A stretch of 64,000 bases of DNA from Candidatus Ruthia sp. Cpac_8_S14 (GTDB lineage: Bacteria; Pseudomonadota; Gammaproteobacteria; PS1; Pseudothioglobaceae). The position numbers and the translations under genes are program-made. Of the stretch, positions 61,406-64,000 are shown piece by piece (within the stretch, counting starts at the first letter, position 1; each line of letters starts with the position of its first letter). The notes below the pieces were generated by a model. It was not told the DNA's origin and ran no database searches. It saw only the letters and a list, made by a program, of their open reading frames with translations. The stretch is from positions 585,380-649,379 of the forward strand of contig CP072533.1 of NCBI GenBank assembly GCA_021730205.1. The letters are read 5' to 3'.

Positions 61406-63226
61406 ATGAATGAGTTAGAACAAGCTTATCGTGATAAAGGTAAGAACTACATACTCAGAATACAGCACCTTAATCAGCAAAGTCATGCTAAATTTGTTAA
61501 TTATCTTATTCTAACATCCTCACCTTATTTATTACAATTAATATGGGTTCTCAGATGAAGCTTTTGACAAAGCAAAAGCTGAAAATAAACCTGTTTTTAT
61601 CTCTATTGGCTACGCTATTTGTCATTGATACCACGTAATGGAAGAAGAGAAAAGTTTTGACGATATTGAAGGACATTGATGAATTTGAAAAAGGGGGGTT
61701 GGATAAGTGCCGAAATTTCCACATAAATCTATGTTGCTATTGCTTATCGATTAACAAAAACGAAATCCTAGTGCGAATAAATTAAATACTATTACAACGA
61801 CACTAAATATAATGGAAAGTGGTGGTTTTCATCGGTATTCAACAGATAATGCTTGGCTTGTACCACACTTTGAAAAAATGTTATATAACCAAGCACAAGT
61901 CTCGCTGGTTTATGTTCGCGCCTTTATACACTAACAAGAAAACCTTTATACAAATACATCTTCAAGCAAATCTTAAATTACATATTGGCAGGAATACAAG
62001 ATACCGATGGTGGATTTTTTTCTGACACTGATGCTGATTCCCAAGGTAAAGAGGGCGTATTTTTTGTCTGGTCAATTGATAAACTAAATACTATTTTTAA
62101 TCAACAAAAGTTAGCGCAATTCAAACAATGGTTTGATTTATCAAGCAATACCGATTTTGAGAGGGTCATATTATTCGCTTTAAAGATACCAATAATGTCG
62201 ACCCAAAAGACGACAAAGCAATTGATGCCTTATTAAGTAAGTCATACCAAATTAGAAACAAAAGAGTGCCGCCTCTCATGGATAACAAGATATTACTGTC
62301 ATGGAATGTGTTAATGATTTGTAGTTTATTTGAAGTGAGTGTGCGGTATTTGATGAAAAAAAAGTACACCCAATTAGGTATAAACTTAACCGAGTATTTA
62401 AATACTCATTTCAATAAAAATAACCAGCTTCACAGAGTGTTAATTAACTTTGAACTTGGAACCTCTGTTCTCTATTTGAAGACTACGCTTATTTATCTGT
62501 ATTTAACCAAACCAATGATAAAAAATAGCTTGATAAAGTTGTTAACCTTGTGAAGATAATGAATGAAAAATTTTGGGATAAACAAAACCATGGCTTTAAT
62601 ATAGGAAATAACACAAAATATTTAAACATAAACCAAAAAGAAGGTCTTGATGGTGCAATTTTCTCTACCAACGCAACAGCTTATAGGATATTGACAAAGC
62701 TAAGCAGCAGAATCAATACAGATGATTTTAAACAACAGACAGCTTAATTATTAAGCATCTTTGCTAAACAAATTAACCAAAATTCAAGCGGCCCCACGCT
62801 TCATTTATTTTAGGTATTAATAACCAATTAAATAGAGAATTAAGCCCTATTCAAACGATTTATAATGGACATATTCGTGTACATTCTCGCTTTCATAATG
62901 ATCAGTTATTAATCAATCTTGAATTACAACCGCTTTGGCACATTAATTCCAATCAACCCCTACAAGATACTTTAATTGCTACCAAAATTGTCAACACTGA
63001 CACTGATTATTGGACGATAAACCACATCGCTTATCCGAAAAGCGAACTGGTTGATTTAGGCTTTCCAAAAGAAAAAAACTTCTATTTACAAAAATAAAAT
63101 ACAAATTAAGTCGCCCTTACAAACAATGCAAAACGATATCGCCCACCAACTTTACAATTAACCTTACAAGCTTGTAGCAGTAAGACGTGTCTAGCACCCG
63201 AAACTATCACCATACAACCTAACTAG
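61406..63226 (+). pseudogene. Thioredoxin-domain YyaL/DUF255 protein with a C-terminal DsbD-N-like domain
   Basis: LILTSSPYLLQ, EAFDKAKAENKPVFISIGY..CH*YHVMEE, PHFEKM, GGFFSDTDADSQGKEGVFFVW, PLMDNKILLSWN, WHINSNQP, LQACSSKTCLAP. Extensively fragmented. Confidence 0.85.
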
Positions 63227-63249
63227 AATAGTTTTTAATACTTACCATC

Positions 63250-63830
63250 TAACAATATTGCACAACCATTCAAATAGTAAGCAAGCCTAACTCCTTCATA
63301 TTAATCTTCTGCATCATAAATATTACTTTTATCTTCTCCATTCCATACAAAACATTAATCGAATCCCTTGCTACCCCCAACCATATTTGTCGATTCTTTT
63401 TCTTTCGACGAAAATAACTTTTTGAGCTTAATAAATCGTCTTTCACTTTTGGCAAGCTAATCTTTAAATTATTGCAATTTTTACTCCTGTTATCATCGCT
63501 GATTGCATTAGCAAACTCAAACAACACTGAAACAAGAAAGAATATTACAAATACATATGATAAATTCTCTATTTATTCTTGCTGATTAATAATAAGTTGT
63601 TCTTTTGCTATTCTCAGTAACCTCTTTGTTGCTGAAATCACGTTACAAACATTTTATAAATATTCATCTACAGGTATTTTATTCAGTGTAGCGAAGTTTA
63701 ACGACTCATAGACATACCTATTAACGATTGGCGCTAAGTTATATTCTTTATTGTTAGTCATAAAACAATTTAAAAAGGCAGTAGCATAGTACAAAGCGCT
63801 GATTAAGCAAGTAAAACACTACTTGAGAAC
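63250..63830 (-). pseudogene. Fragmented gene of unknown family
   Basis: Coding-like fragments in shifting frames, including the 85-aa ORF 63270..63527. Confidence 0.3.
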
Positions 63831-63860
63831 AACTTATTGACTAAATTTTAACAATTTACC

Positions 63861-64000
63861 CTAAAGTTTTTTTACCCAGCTGATAAACTTATGGTTAATT
63901 AAATACAAACAAGGCAATAGAACAAGTGTCATTAATGTGCCGAACAACAAGCCATAGCCAAGTGAAAGCGCCATGGGTTGTAAAATAAAGTCAGTGCCAC
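63861..64000 (-). CDS. RND efflux permease (AcrB-like), C-terminal end; gene starts beyond the window
   Basis: [34 protein letters not shown] matches the final RND TM helices. Confidence 0.75.
   Translation of the reverse strand, partial: GTDFILQPMALSLGYGLLFGTLMTLVLLPCLYLINHKFISWVKKL

Overview
AT-rich gammaproteobacterial chromosome segment. The housekeeping content (icd, cbbY, dksA, thiL, nfuA, panCB, folK, proB, obg, waaA, thiC, hemB, acs, rpoZ, dnaQ, lemA, map, aspS, nadA, purL, dxs, ispG, rlmN, ndk, hup, smpB, rnhA, leuCD, ruvA), a sulfur-globule-like repeat protein and about 20 recognisable pseudogenes fit a sulfur-oxidising SUP05-clade endosymbiont of the Ruthia/Vesicomyosocius type undergoing genome reduction. 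This taxonomy is inference from protein style and decay pattern. Most apparent intergenic DNA is eroded genes that I reconstructed by hand across frameshifts, so family names are from motif recognition, not searches, and pseudogene ends are approximate. Two decayed mobile elements sit at tRNAs. (1) A ~3.6 kb satellite-like island at the 3' end of tRNA-Asn, with a duplicated att core, carries primase-helicase, DUF5131 and C5 DNA methyltransferase relics. (2) A ~2.5 kb element after tRNA-His pairs a tyrosine integrase with a family-A-like (TV-Pol-type) polymerase relic. Other highlights are a three-copy array of secreted Gly/Asn-rich proteins, a microhomology-type deletion in ubiD, loss of ilvA with leuCD retained, and decay of the acetate-uptake cluster beside an intact acs.
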